Of a stretch of 64,000 bases of DNA, positions 51,217 to 64,000 are shown piece by piece; within the stretch, counting starts at the first letter, position 1; each line of letters begins with the position of its first letter. The translations under genes and the position numbers were made by a program. The notes beneath the pieces were generated by a model. The model ran no database searches. It saw only the letters and a program-made list of their open reading frames with translations, and had not been told where the DNA came from. Origin of the DNA: Eledone cirrhosa (taxonomy: Eukaryota); NCBI GenBank assembly GCA_964016885.1, contig OZ024753.1:15872001-15936000 (forward strand), written 5' to 3'.

Positions 51217-54200
51217 GGAATCGCTCCTGTAAGTTTTTGATTTTTACTTATTTAAAACAACTGTGATAGAATAATTCTTATTACAAATGAAGTATAAGAT
51301 TACAGTTTTGACCCTCAGCAAACGACAACGCATCACATTACGGCATAGGGCCTCAATATATAATATTTAATTTTGGATCAGAAATGTTATAGTCGAAAAA
51401 GAGAAAAATGGCTAAGTGGACAGACAGGCAAATAATTTCACAACCAACACCACCACCGCCACCATCACCACGACCACGCCAAACACTCTAGTCAAGTTAC
51501 CTCAACTTCTATTTCAACTTCAACACCATCACTACAGTACTACGATCACATCACCACCACCACTGCCTCATTATCGCTACCGCTGCTATTCTCTCCCACT
51601 ACCTCCTGCTAAGTACCACCACCACTGCCTCAGTATCGCTACTGCCGCTATTCTCTCCCACTACCTCCTGCTAAGACAGGCATCGTAGTATTCCCACTAA
51701 ATGAAGAAGGCATCAAAAGATATAAATAGACTGATTTGATGACCCGGGGTGATGAAATCACCGGTGGTTATGTAACCATGCATTCACCAATCCTCGATAA
51801 GAGTGTTTAAATGTCGAACCTAAACAGTTTGAATAACGGTGAAGTGGAGACTGGAATGTCATGTGACAGACTCTCACCCAACAGGTGCTCCCTGGCTCAG
51901 CAGCAGGGACCTGGCTGTCAACCAAATACTGCTGGTGTCGGAGGAAGAAGAAGAAGGAAAGGGACCAGAACCAACTGGACGAAAGAATTGAATAGAACTG
52001 TTATGCAATGTTACCTGAAGAGTAACCCCAAGGAAAAAGGCTATAGGAAACGGATGCATAACATCTGGAACGAGATTGGTCTATTTAAATTAGATGAACA
52101 AAAATTGGCTGGGTAGGCTCGGGTAATAAGAACTAATGGGTGGATAAGCGAGCTGGAACTGGAGGAACTGAGCAGAGGGATTAGGTTGGAAATGGAGAGT
52201 GGAGTATGCCAGGCAAACGAGCCAGTGGGAAATGAAGATGAAGGGATTGAGATGAATGGAGGAACCATCCGAAGCAGACAAGGATCTGAATGCTGAAATA
52301 AATAATACCTGGAACAGAGATACGGCCATTGAGGAGATGAATGCTGACGGGCTAGGACAAGATTTGGTTGATATCCTAAACTTAGTGGTAGATGAATTGA
52401 ACAATGATAGTGGGAAACCTATGAACCTAAGATTTGTCGACAGGAAAAAGTTAAAAGAAACAACAGCTAAGGTAAACAAAGTCATCCCATACCTTGAGGC
52501 GAGGAGCCTTCACCAGTGCAACAATATCCTCAAAGCAACAGCAAATGAGGTGAGGAAATTACTTGGCATAAAAGCGAGAGGAAACAACAAACAAGAAAGA
52601 TCAGAACCTTGGTGGAAGAAACGACTTAATGGTCAAATCAGGGAAATGAGAAATGACATTGGAAAGCTTGAGTCCCTACTGAATGGGACACTAAAAAACA
52701 TAGACACTAAAAATAGACTGGAAATAAAGTACAAAACTAGGAGGAAAAAGCTAAATATTATCATAGAGGAACTGAAGCAACGCATGGTAGCAAAGAGTGC
52801 AAACATTAGGCGATACGAGAGCAGAGTCAGTCAGTATAGACAGAACCGCATGTTTGACAACAACCAGAAGATGTTGTCTGGACAGCTTGAAGGGAAAGAA
52901 AGAGGCAACGACTTGATCCCTGAGGCGGAACAAACTAAGACATTCTGGAGAGGAATATGGGAGCAGGATGTTAAACATAATGACCAGGCAGTGTGGATTG
53001 AGACAGTACAAAACGAGATTAGTGAACAGGCACACCAAGAAACTGATTTGAGTATCACAGTTGAAACTCTTAAAGGGCAGGCCAAAAAACTTACCAACTG
53101 GAAATCACCAGGCCCAGATGGTGTGCAGGGGTATTGGATTAAAAATATAACATCCCTCCACCCGAAACTGACAACCATGTTCAATGACTGCTTGATGTCA
53201 GGTGAGGTACCAGAGTGGTTGACAAAAGGTACCACAGTTCTGGTAATGAAAGACCGAATCAAGGGTAATGATGTTACCAACTATAGACCTATCACATGTC
53301 TGTCCGTAATGTGGAAACTGTTGACAAGCATTGTGTCTGAGGAAATCTACCATCACCTGCACACAAACAATTTGTTACTGGACGAACAGAAGGGATGCCG
53401 AAAGAAGTCCTGTGGTACAAAGGACCAGATACTTATTAATAAGATGGTAATGAGGAATTGCAAGAGGAGACACACTGGTCTTGCCATGGGATGGATAGAC
53501 TACAAAAAGGCATTTGACATGGTGCCTCATTCTTGGATCACCAAAAGCCTAGAGATCTTCAAAGTGGCAAATAACATCAGACAGTTGTTGAGCAAAAGTA
53601 TGAAGTCCTGGAAAACAGAGTTAACATCGGGTGGAGAATCCTTGGGAGGCGTGAAGATCAAGAGAGGTATCTTCCAGGGAGATAGTCTGTCCCCTCTGTT
53701 GTTTGTCCTTGCCTTGATGCCCCTGACCATTATACTGTGAAAAGTGAGAGCAGGATACAAGTTGGGAAAGGGAGAGCTTACCATCAATCACCTCCTCTTC
53801 ATGGACAATCTTAAGCTCTTCGGGAAGAGTGAGAAGGAGTTGGATGCGCTTGTTGACACTGACCGTATTTTCAGCAATGATATATGTATGTAATTTGGTA
53901 TTAGTAAGTGTGGAGTCCTTGTGATAAAGAGGGGTAAATTGAACAGAAGCAATAGAATCCAGGTACCAACAGGTGAGATGATAAAGGAAATTGACACTGA
54001 AGAAGGATACAAGTATTTGGGTGTTCTGGAGGCTGATGACATCAAGAACAAAAAAGTGAAGGAATTGATAAGATCTGAATACATTCGGAGAGTAAGGAGC
54101 GTATTAAAGTCACATATGAACAGTAGGAATGCCGTAAGTGCAGTAAATTCCCGAGCTGTGTCTATTATTAGGTACAGTGCGGGAATTCTGAGATGGAATG

Positions 54201-55296
54201 TTGCTGAACAAAAAGAAATGGATAGGAAGACTAGGAAGCTATTGACTATCTACAACGTGTTTCACAAGAAGAGTGATGTCGAGGGACTCTATTTAAGGAG
54301 ATCTGAAGGTGGAAGAGGTCTTATCAGCATAGAGGACTGTGTTCAGATGGAGAAAAACAACTTACACAAATACGTGACCGATAGTAAGGAGCCAATGCTC
54401 AGAATTGTACTGAAGGAGAGGACAATAGACCAGGGGATGTCCAAGGAGGAAATAACAACAAGGAGAAAGAGCAGCCTTCATGAAAAATCCCTTCATAGTA
54501 CCTTCTTTGAGAAAATGGAATTCAGAAATCCACAGACATGGAACTGGTTGAAAAGAGGAGACCTTAAAAAGGCTACAGAAGGAATGCTAATGGCTGCACA
54601 AGAGCAGGCCCTCAAAACGAAGTGAGTGAAACACCATATTTACAAGGAGGAGGCTAGCCCACTGTGCAGGATCTGTGGAGAGAGAGAGGAGACTGTGGCT
54701 CACATTGTATCCGAGTGTAAACACCTAGCCCAGACTCACTATAAAGGCTGGAGACATGATGTGATGGGCAGGGTGATCCACTGGCACCTATGCAAAGTAA
54801 ACAGTTTACCACATAAGCCAGAGTCGGTGATAGAAAACGATCAGGTGAAGGTGCTGTGGGATTTTAGGATACAGACAGACAAGAAACTGGAACACAATAG
54901 ACCTGACCTGGTGGTTTGGGACAAGGAAAAAAGATTGTGCCTGATTGTGGATGTGGCCTGCCCATTCGACACGAGAGTGCAAGAGAAGGAGAGGGAGAAA
55001 ATTAACCGATACCAGGATTTAAAGTGGGAGGTAAAAAGGATTTGGAACTGCCATGAAGTCAAAGTGGTCCCGATTGTCATAGGCGCACTAGGTACTATCT
55101 CAAGGAGTTTCTAGGGATGGTTAAAGAAGATTAGTACAGCCCTGCTTTTTGGAACACTTCAAAAGGCATGCTTCCTGGGAACAGCAAGAACCCTCCGATA
55201 CGTCCTGAATATCTGAGGCTGCAGGTAGCGGCTTGATATTCATTTCAACAAACTTTCCAGTTAAATAACATCAATGACTGAGACTCAAAGAACAAT
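51217..55296 (+). mobile_element. R4/Dong-type RLE non-LTR retrotransposon (5' boundary uncertain)
   Basis: RT motifs (KSPGPDG, YRPITCL, DYKKAFD, RGIFQGDSLSP, FMDN, YKYLG), CCHC knuckle CRIC..H..SEC, RHD, RPDLVV..IVDVACP..K..Y nuclease; (TAA)n nearby on both sides. Confidence 0.9.
51811..55216 (+). pseudogene. RT-RLE polyprotein, disrupted
   Basis: Stops at 52114, 53738, 53891, 54623 and 55112; frameshift near 52240; catalytic DD reads DN; ends LQKACFLGTARTLRYVLNI*. Confidence 0.88.
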
Positions 55297-55685
55297 CATC
55301 GTCGTCGTCGTCGTCATCATCAGTGTTCCACGCTTGCATGGGTTTGGACGGGGGTTTCCCACTTGAGGCAAGAGTGGTTGTCTTGCTCGCATAGGACTAT
55401 CTGGCGGGTTTTCTACAGCTGGATGCCCTTCCTAACACCAACCACATTTACAGTGTGGGGCTGGGAGGTTTTTACCGTATTACCTACATGGTCACATTAC
55501 AGCGTGAACTGTGTGTTTTTTTTACATGACACCTACACGATCTCATTTGTTTCGGCCTGGATGTTGTGGCACTAACATAACTTTACATTGAAAGGGGCGG
55601 TGTGGATGGGGTGGGGGTGGTGGGGCGGGGGTGTATTTTGTTAGAGATGCCTACTGACTGTAGTAGGTTTTACTTTGTATTTAGG
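55297..55685 (-). mobile_element. RTE family B 3'UTR fragment
   Basis: Reverse complement of 10045-10450. Confidence 0.85.
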
Positions 55686-55709
55686 TAATAATAATAATAA
55701 TAATAATAA

Positions 55710-55795
55710 TATCTGAGGCTGCAGGTAGCAGCTTGATATTCATTTCAACAAACTCTCCAGTTAAATAACATCAATGACTGAGACTCAAAGAACAA
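55710..55795 (+). mobile_element. About 85-bp copy of the R4/Dong 3' end inside (TAA)n
   Basis: Matches 55210-55296 with two substitutions. Confidence 0.9.
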
Positions 55796-56199
55796 TAATA
55801 ATAATGATGATAATAATAATGGCGTTGAAAGAAATTGAAAAGATAATGAAATATACCGAGTTAAAAATCAGAATTGTATGCAATCTTCATATTTACTGTG
55901 CCAACTGTTTAATTTCTATATTGTATTGAAAGAGGAAAATATTTGAAACTATATAGTAATAATATACAGAAGTGTGATTAATGTAAATTGAGAGAGTAGC
56001 CTGATGGGGAGATCATAGTATATAGATGTAGACATGGTTGTATGCTTAAGTTCAATTTACAAGTATAGGGTTTCTAGTTCCAACCCATTGCATGGCACTT
56101 TGGGCAAATATCTTCTGCTAGCCACAGCTTGACCAATACGTTGGCAAGGAAATTTGGAAGATGAAAACTGAAAACACACATCATATATATATATATATC

Positions 56200-57077
56200 A
56201 TCATTATCATTTAACGTCCATTTCCCACGCTAGCATGGGTTAGACAAGTTGTCCCATTACAGGAAAGTTTGGTCAGGTCAAGAGTGTCTTGCATATATAG
56301 GACTGTTTCTGGCTAGGTTTCTATGGCTGGATGCCCTTCCTTATACCAACCACATTTACAGTGTCTGCCGTGTGTTTTTTGTCATGACACCTACATAACC
56401 ACTTTACAGTGGGTGCTGGGTGCTTTTTATCATGGCACCTACATGACCACTCTACAGTGTGCGCTGGTTGCTTTTTGTCATGGCACCTACATGACCCCTT
56501 TACAGGGTGGGTTGGTTGCTTTTTGTCATGATACCTACATGACCACTTTACAGTGTGGACTGGGTGCTTTTTGTCATGACACCTACATGACCACTTTACA
56601 GTGTGGACTGGGTGCTTTTTGTCATGGCACCTACATGACCACTCTACAGTGTGGGCTGGTTGCTTTTTGTCATTGCACCTACATGACCCCTTTACAGGGT
56701 GGGTTGGTTGCTTTTTGTCATGACACCTACATGACCACTTTACAGTGTGGACTGGGTGCTTTTTGTCATGATACCTACATGACCACTTTACAGTGTGGAC
56801 TGATTGCTTTTTGTCATGACACCTACACGACCACTTTACAGTGTGGACTGGGTGCTTTTTGTCATGGCACATAGATGACCACTTTACAGTGTGGACTGGG
56901 TGCTTTTTGTCATGGCACATAGATGACCACTTTACAGTGTGGACTGGGTGCTTTTTGTCATGACACCTACATGACCACTTTACAGTGTGGACTGGATGCT
57001 TTTTGTCATGACACCTACATGACCACTTTACAGTGTAGACTGGATGCTTTTTGTCATGACACCTACACGACCACTTT
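56200..57077 (-). mobile_element. RTE-B-type 3'UTR with an expanded 48-bp repeat (about 15 copies, 56345-57077)
   Basis: Tail hairpin near 56226-56240; unit CCACTTTACAGTGTGGACTGGGTGCTTTTTGTCATGACACCTACATGA. Confidence 0.85.
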
Positions 57078-59918
57078 GTATGTATACATGGCTAATTGAT
57101 AGAGTCATTACAACGTTGGACAGAATGCTTTGTGGAATTCGTTCAGACTCTCTGCTCTCTGAGTTCAAATCCTGCCGGGGTCAATAAAATAAAAGTACCA
57201 GTCTAATACTGGGTTGATTCTTCCTCTATATCTCTTTCTCACTTCCTCTCTCTCTCTCTCTTTTTCCTTCTCTGGAAGAAATCTGCTGTACTCAGGCCTG
57301 GAGGGGGATGAGCATCACTAGGCTTAAAATGCACTAGAAACATTGTATGTCCGTCCCTACAGTGTTCTTATGAATCTATCAGGAGTTATGGCACCATACC
57401 ATTCCATAACATAACATATATATAGATATGTGTGTGCGTGTGTGTGTCTGTGCGTGTGTGCCTGCAATATCAGCTAGTGCGTTCGTCACAGAAACCAGGT
57501 GAAGGTCAAAAGAAAAAGAAGAGATGAGAATATCCTCAAAACCCCAGCAAAGAGATCCACCTCGTACAGAAAGCTTTGGAAATGTGAAAATGTGGTTAAA
57601 ATGTTGAATGTATGCAGGAGTGTGTAAAGAAAGCAACTTTAATGTACAAAAAAAAACCTAGTGAAGATAATAAAATGAAACTGAATATCTAAAGTTGCGT
57701 TGAATTATCAAATTGATATAGAAAAAAGAACACAAAATTAAATATAATTGTTCAGAAGTGAAGATTTCATATCAATATTTTTATGGTTTTTTTTTCTTCT
57801 ACTTGTGTTTGTTTTGTTTTTCTGTCTAATTTTCTTTTGGTTTCAATGCTGCAGAAGAAATCTTTGGTTGTTACACATGGATCAATAACACCCCCCACCC
57901 CCAACCCCCAACCCCCAAAAAGACAGTTGAAGTTGATGTTCTTTTAGCAGGAACAAACATAGACATTAGAACTCTGTGAGAACAATTGTTTTTTTTGTTT
58001 TTTTGTTTCTTTCTTGTTTTTTATTGTTTTTTTTTTATGGTCAAAGTGGCTTCAAGTAGAATTTTCATGTTCAACAATTTGAACATTTTATTGAAGGAAA
58101 GGAAGCTGCAGTGAGAAAGCTGTTGGTTGTTGGGTGACCAGCTTAAGTCATACTGGGGTACAAATATTACTAATGAAGTGAGTTGGAAAATGAAAGCTGT
58201 ATGTTGGTTGTTGAGGGTTAAACTAAAGCAAATATTCTGATATGGCAGGCTGAAAGAAGTGTGATATTATTAGTTTCGTCAGGTTGTAAGATTGAATGAG
58301 TAATTCAATGTTGCATGTGTTGCTGTGAGGACTTAGTTGTGGTTTCATTAATGTGTAGTAGAAATTATTTGAGAAAATTAGGTTATAGCCAATAACATGT
58401 GGTTAGCATGGTGGAAAGTCCAATGGCAAAATTTTATTTCATCCATCCCAGCTTAATTTAGATTTTGAAGAAAAGCAAACGAACACACAGTCAACAGAGA
58501 TAACAAAATCATCATTAATATCATCGTTTAATGTCCATTTTAATTGCTTGTGTGGATTAGAAGGGTTGTATGGATTAGAAGGGTTTTATATTTTGAGAGA
58601 AGTGAGGACCAGAGACCACATCATGCTTATAAGTATCTGTAGTTTGGTTTGAGTACACTGAGTTGGAATGGTTCTTTCAGGTCCTCTCCCTTAATCCAAT
58701 GTAACATATTCACAATTCTGTCTGTCAGGATCATGAGACAACATCACAATCATTTGAGATTTTCCAAATGAAACACCAGATGGCAGAGTTTTTCAATTAA
58801 TATTGGTTTACCTAAACATCAGAAGCAGAATTAATACTACAAAGCAGTCTATCCCCACACACTAACCACCCCCAACAAACAGAAATGTTTCTCTTTTCCT
58901 AAGGCTTTTAATGTGGGTGAGGAAACACCTGAATCAAGACCAATGACAAAGAGAATCTCTCAAAGGACAAAACTGAATTAATGATCAACTAAGGCTAGGT
59001 ATTCAACCTAAATCAATAAACACTTCAGTTATTAGAATTATAGAGGAATAAATTCCAACACACATTAGAGCTAATAAATGAAATTATTAATATTCAGTGT
59101 TATAAAATTTGATTAAACAATTTGCTTTGCTAACTTTCTCCCACCACCAATTCACTGTAAAATATCTGTCTTTCAAATAAATATGTTATGTAACTCAGAC
59201 AGGAATATTTTGGAGAAAATATTTGATATTGTAGTTATTGTTAGTATTATTATTCTTGTTTTTTTTTATTCTGCTCACATCAAACCTGCTCAAAAGCATT
59301 CAAAATATTCCAACCTTATTGATCTTTTTTCAGGCATTTTATCATGGCACAAACACTAGGGAGGCTATTGTGTCCTAGACACAATTGAACAGACCTCCAA
59401 AACTTTTGTTTAGCAAGTTTTCTATGGTTGGATGCCCTTCCTAACACCAACCACTTTACAGATCGTACTGGGTGCTTTTTAACATGGCAACAACACTAGG
59501 GAGGTTGTTGATTACTTGACTGGACTGAAAGGTCCTCTCCACTCCATGGAGAGAGTGCCTTGTCCTAAAACAGACATGTTTAGAAGGTGAGAATAGGATG
59601 GATTAGTGTAAATGTACAGGTAGCATGAAAATAGTTACCAAAGTTGAGTGTGGACAAATCAGAGGTAAGATCTGTTACAAGTTCTGGTTCAATAGTGAAG
59701 GAGAAAGTGGAGAAAGTGATGATAGATTTAAGAGGAGGTCAAGGATCACAGAATTGAGGCCAGGGTCCCCTGGAGTAAGCTATGGGTTGCAGCCCACATT
59801 TTTTGCATGTACCTATGTTTTTCTTTCCATGTAAACTGGATATATATACATACATATATTTATATATATACATTTATATGCACATGCAGATACACACACA
59901 TGTTATATATATATATAT

Positions 59919-60344
59919 CATCATCACCATTTTACATCCGTTCTTCCATGCTAGCATCGGTTAGACGGGTTGTCCTGTTGTGGGCAGTGTCTGGTTGGCT
60001 GACCTTGTCTTGCTCATACGGGAACTGATTCTGGCTTAATTTCTACAGCTGGATGCCCTTCCTAACACCAACTTCATTTACAGTGAGTGCTGGGTGCTTT
60101 TTTTCAGTGGCGCCTACACGTCCACTTTACAGTGTGGGCTGCATGCTATTTTGCCGTGGTACCTCCACGACCATTTTGCAGTGGAATGATAAGGACCCCA
60201 GTCCCATCATCTCATTTCTACAGCTGAGTAAACTGGAGTAATGTGAAATAAAGTGTCTTGCTCAAGGAAACAACACATCACCCGGTCCGAGAATTGAACT
60301 GACAACCTTTCGATTGCAAGCCCAATGCTCTAGCCACTAAGCCA
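59919..60344 (-). mobile_element. CORE-type tRNA SINE with RTE-B tail
   Basis: Head and body as 50379-50713, but continues ATGAGCAAGACAAGG...GCTAGCATGGAAGAACGG. Confidence 0.88.
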
Positions 60345-60377
<33 letters not shown>

Positions 60378-60900
60378 ATATATATATATAAACTAAGCCA
60401 TATATATATATAAAATTAAAATGAGTTAAAAACTCACAATATTCCCTTATAATCGAATAAGCTCAAGGAAGAAATTCCAAGCCCTTTATAACACAGTAAA
60501 GAAAGAAATACATATATATATACATATATATATGTATGTATAGTATCTTTGATAATATACTGTATATTCAAATGAAAACCATTTTAAAGACCAATCACTA
60601 TGAGTTTAGTTCTAAAATAGTGACTATGTCACTTATTTATTCTCAGTTTTTGCCGAGAAGAAGTAAGTAACTAATAATAAAGTCATTACTTTAAAAGTCA
60701 TAGCGAATGGTCATCAAAATGTTTTAAATTAAACATACAGTATATTATGAAATATACTATACATACATACATGTATACATTCAGTTGTAGTGCACCTGGG
60801 CACTTGACACAATAATTTCATTATATTTCATGTATACATCGCTATTTCAGAGCACTAATACTAATACATTTATTTATATCTCTCTCTTTACTGTGTTTTA

Positions 60901-60951
<51 letters not shown>

Positions 60952-60954
<3 letters not shown>

Positions 60955-62225
60955 TGCGGACGATATTTGTTCGCAAGATTACTGTCTAGGTAAAAATAAC
61001 ACAGTAGTTTTATTTTTTAAGATTTATTTATCAAACTTGTGTCAGTTTGTCTTCATGATTTGTTCTTTCGATCTCACTCGATAAACCCGACATTGGCTTT
61101 GATGACGGCCTCAAGGTGGCCTCGGAACCAGCTACAGGCCTTCATCACTGTCTCCCGACTTAGGCCTCTAAACGCACTTGTGATCCTGGCCTTCAGATCA
61201 TCTTTTGTATTGCAGCTAGATCTGTTGGTGTCTCATTCCACTGCAACCCGCACAAAGAAGTCGAGGGGGTTGCAGTCAGGCGAGCTGAGAGGCCAGATGT
61301 CAGGTGAACTGTGGTCGATGAAGTTCTCTGACAGCCAGGCTTGGGTCTTTCGGCTGGTATGGCAGGGCACTGAGTCTTGCTGCCACACGTATGGCCTACC
61401 TGCAGCTACCTGGTCGATCCAGGGCTTTACTACCTTGCTCAGAATGCGGATGTAGCCATCAGTGTTCAGCTTGAGGCCCTCATGGAAGAAGTGAGGTGGA
61501 ATGAGGTCACCTTGTCTGCTGACGACACCTAAGACCAACGTTGTCACTGGAAACTTTGTCTGCATGACTCTGGGCATGTCTATGGATGAGACAGCGAGCT
61601 ACCTGTTGTTCTGGGAGTTGATCTTCTGGTCCTGGCAGAAGTTTTTCTCGGAGAAAATCCACAACATGTCTGGTTCCAGTGGGTGTTTCAACTTGTTGAT
61701 CAGCTTCTTTGCAGCTTCAGTCGCTTTTCTTGCATCGCCTTTGACAGAAATTTTCCTTTCCCCATCTTGTATGAAACGTAGCGAATGTCTTCATGTACCA
61801 CCAGCCTAATGAGCTTTTCATCCACGCCTTTCTACCTTGCAAAGGCACGCATCGACTTGCTAGGTTCATTGTTGATGAAGGCGTTCTGAAGGCGTCAGAT
61901 TGTTGATCATGTGTTTTCCTCTCTGATGTTGCTTCGTAGTCGAATCCTGAATCTTCCAATTCCTTTCTGACCTTTTCCATCATTCTCCTGCTGATGCTGA
62001 GAAAGTCTGAAATTTCCTTATTTGTCCTCCCGGCGCGGATTCCAAGAAGAATTCTGTGTCTCTTCCACAAATTTGGAGGTTCAAAATTATTCATAATCAA
62101 TTATTCTGAAAATAAATAATGGAAATATAGTCACTGTTTTTATGAAGACAAGAGTGACAACAGAAGTTAAAAAAATTTGCATAAAATTAGCAGTTGAAAA
62201 TTGCGAACCAATATCGTCCACACCA
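60952..62225 (-). mobile_element. Tc1/mariner transposon, DD37D (maT) family, degenerate
   Basis: About 25-bp TIRs (CGGTGCGGACGATATTTGTTCGCAA / TTGCGAACCAATATCGTCCACACCA), TA at the right end; WQQD...SPDCNPLD with 37 residues between the Asp residues; HTH-like N-terminus 61717-62100. Confidence 0.92.
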
Positions 62226-62304
62226 TACATATATATAGTGTGAAAGTAGTTCAGTGAAATATTGGTGTTGATACCAGATCAACTTCCTCGTTTTTTCTAT
62301 TATA

Positions 62305-62335
<31 letters not shown>

Positions 62336-62336
<1 letters not shown>

Positions 62337-62935
62337 CTGTATATATATAAAAATGTAGTTTTCTCTATGTGTGTGTGTGTGTGGACAATTTTTAATGAGG
62401 GCTCATTCTAAACCATTCATGCGATTTCTTTGAAATTTTTTACATAGCTTTTCCTTGTACAAAACCTGTACATTATCTACAAAGGCTTTCAAAGATCGAT
62501 ATTGGGGCCTTTGGAGACATTAAAAAAGTTTCGTTTTTTTTGTGTTAATTTTCGTGATTAAGTAAGACAAGAGTTATCTTTCGTCAATACAATAGGAACT
62601 CATTTTTTATGTTGTCAAAAATTTTGTTTTGGGGATTTTGATTATTATAATTCGGCTCATTTGGATTTTACTTTACTCTTTGTACTTGAAACAAAAGGTA
62701 CGCTTCCTTGAGACTGTTGTCAAAAAAATTTATACCTAGACTGGATTTCTGTCGTTACATGGGATAACGGATGACACCGAGCTCACATATTAATTATTTC
62801 GCTGGAATAATGCCTAAGGTTTTCATTTTTACATAAAGTACACTTTTCTTCTATGTATTCAAATTTACTTTGTTTAGTTTAATGAGCTACATCAAAAGCT
62901 ACTTGAACCATCCAAAGGACGGATACTTTAGCTAG
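62336..62935 (+). mobile_element. Non-autonomous Helitron
   Basis: A|TCTGTATATATATAAAAATG start, (GT)n, CCATCC-AAA-GGACGG hairpin about 10 nt before CTAG|T. Confidence 0.8.
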
Positions 62936-63190
62936 TGTATATATATATATATATTATATTCATCTCAGTTTACTGAAAATATTCTGTACATCAGTAATTT
63001 TATGTCTTCTCTAAAAAAGCAATAATTCTCAAAGCTCCTTCACCCTTTTTTTGCCACATTTCTAATGAAAGAAACTGCCTATAATTCTCAAATAATTTTG
63101 AATTTAAATAAAGTATCAAGCTGTTGCTTGGAACATAACAAAGCTTAGATAGAAAAACTGATGGAAGATTTTGAAATAAATATAATATCT

Positions 63191-63869
63191 TTAACCTTTT
63201 TGCTATCATATTTATGATATATTTATAATATTTTTATCAGTTTGAAAATAATCAAGAATTTGGAGGGATTTAGTAAAATAACTAACTTTCATTACTAAGA
63301 TGGCATTGGCAGAATCGGTAGAGCATCGGACACCATGTCTTACAGCTTTTACATTCTGAGTTCAAATCCTGCCAAGGTTAGCTTTGTCTTCCCTCCTTAC
63401 AGGTTCAATAAAATAAAGTACCAGTAACACACTGGGGTTGATTTAGTCAATTTTCCCCTTCCCCCAAAGATTATTTACCTTGTGCCTAAATCAGAAACCA
63501 TTTACCGATTCTGTCAATTCATAGCTTAATAAAGCTATGAGTTGACCGAATCGGTAGAGGTTCGGACGCCATGTTTTACAGCATAGAGTTACGACCCTTT
63601 ACGGTGTGATTTGAAATCCAGCTGAGGTAACTTTGTCTTTCGTCCTTGCGAGATCAATAAAATAAAGCACCAGTAATGTACTGGGATAATTGCTGGCCTT
63701 GAGCCAAAAGTAGAAACAATTATTCAGCTGGTATTTGGACCATAAGAAAAGATTCTTCCATAAAATTATGATGAAAGTATTTTTAAATAAGTAGAAACAA
63801 TTTAAAATAAACAGCCTAGTATTACTGAAGCAAAGCTGGTTTCAAATCGTTTTGTATCAAAAGAGTTAA
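63191..63869. mobile_element. piggyBac-like MITE with nested SINE copies (about 63300-63720)
   Basis: TTAA-CCTTTTTGCTA ... TATCAAAAGAG-TTAA termini. Confidence 0.55.
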
Positions 63870-64000
63870 ACTGCCATATTCTAGAGAATGAGTAAGTCAA
63901 GTGAAAAGTAGTATTTGTGCACTGGAACAAATCGATAACTCTATATATGAAATAATTGCTTTCAAAAAGAAATTGTCACCAATATGGTCTTCTTCAGGAC

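Noticed and set aside
51735-51790. Ribozyme in the R4/Dong 5'UTR
   Set aside because: Only a GGTGAT/ATCACC hairpin; neither an HDV-like nor a hammerhead fold could be built by eye

Overview
Eukaryotic, AT-rich, repeat-saturated genomic DNA with no confidently identifiable host gene. The SINE, LINE and (TA)n landscape resembles a cephalopod (octopus-like) genome; this is an inference. The window holds: RTE-clade LINEs of two families carrying a PHD finger inside the RT; a near-intact Penelope-like element (probably Naiad clade) with an inverted 5' end; an R4/Dong-type RLE LINE; a DD37D (maT) Tc1/mariner transposon; non-autonomous Helitrons; piggyBac-like MITEs; two tRNA-derived SINE families; and about 25 kb of micro/minisatellites, several of which can be traced to seeds inside transposons. 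The most notable signal is a set of hammerhead-ribozyme motifs, including two type I motifs with unusually long helix II, which sit in a Penelope terminus and in short, mostly (TA)n-flanked fold-back elements. A SINE also appears to have swapped its 3' tail between two partner LINEs. All structures were read by eye; none were computed.
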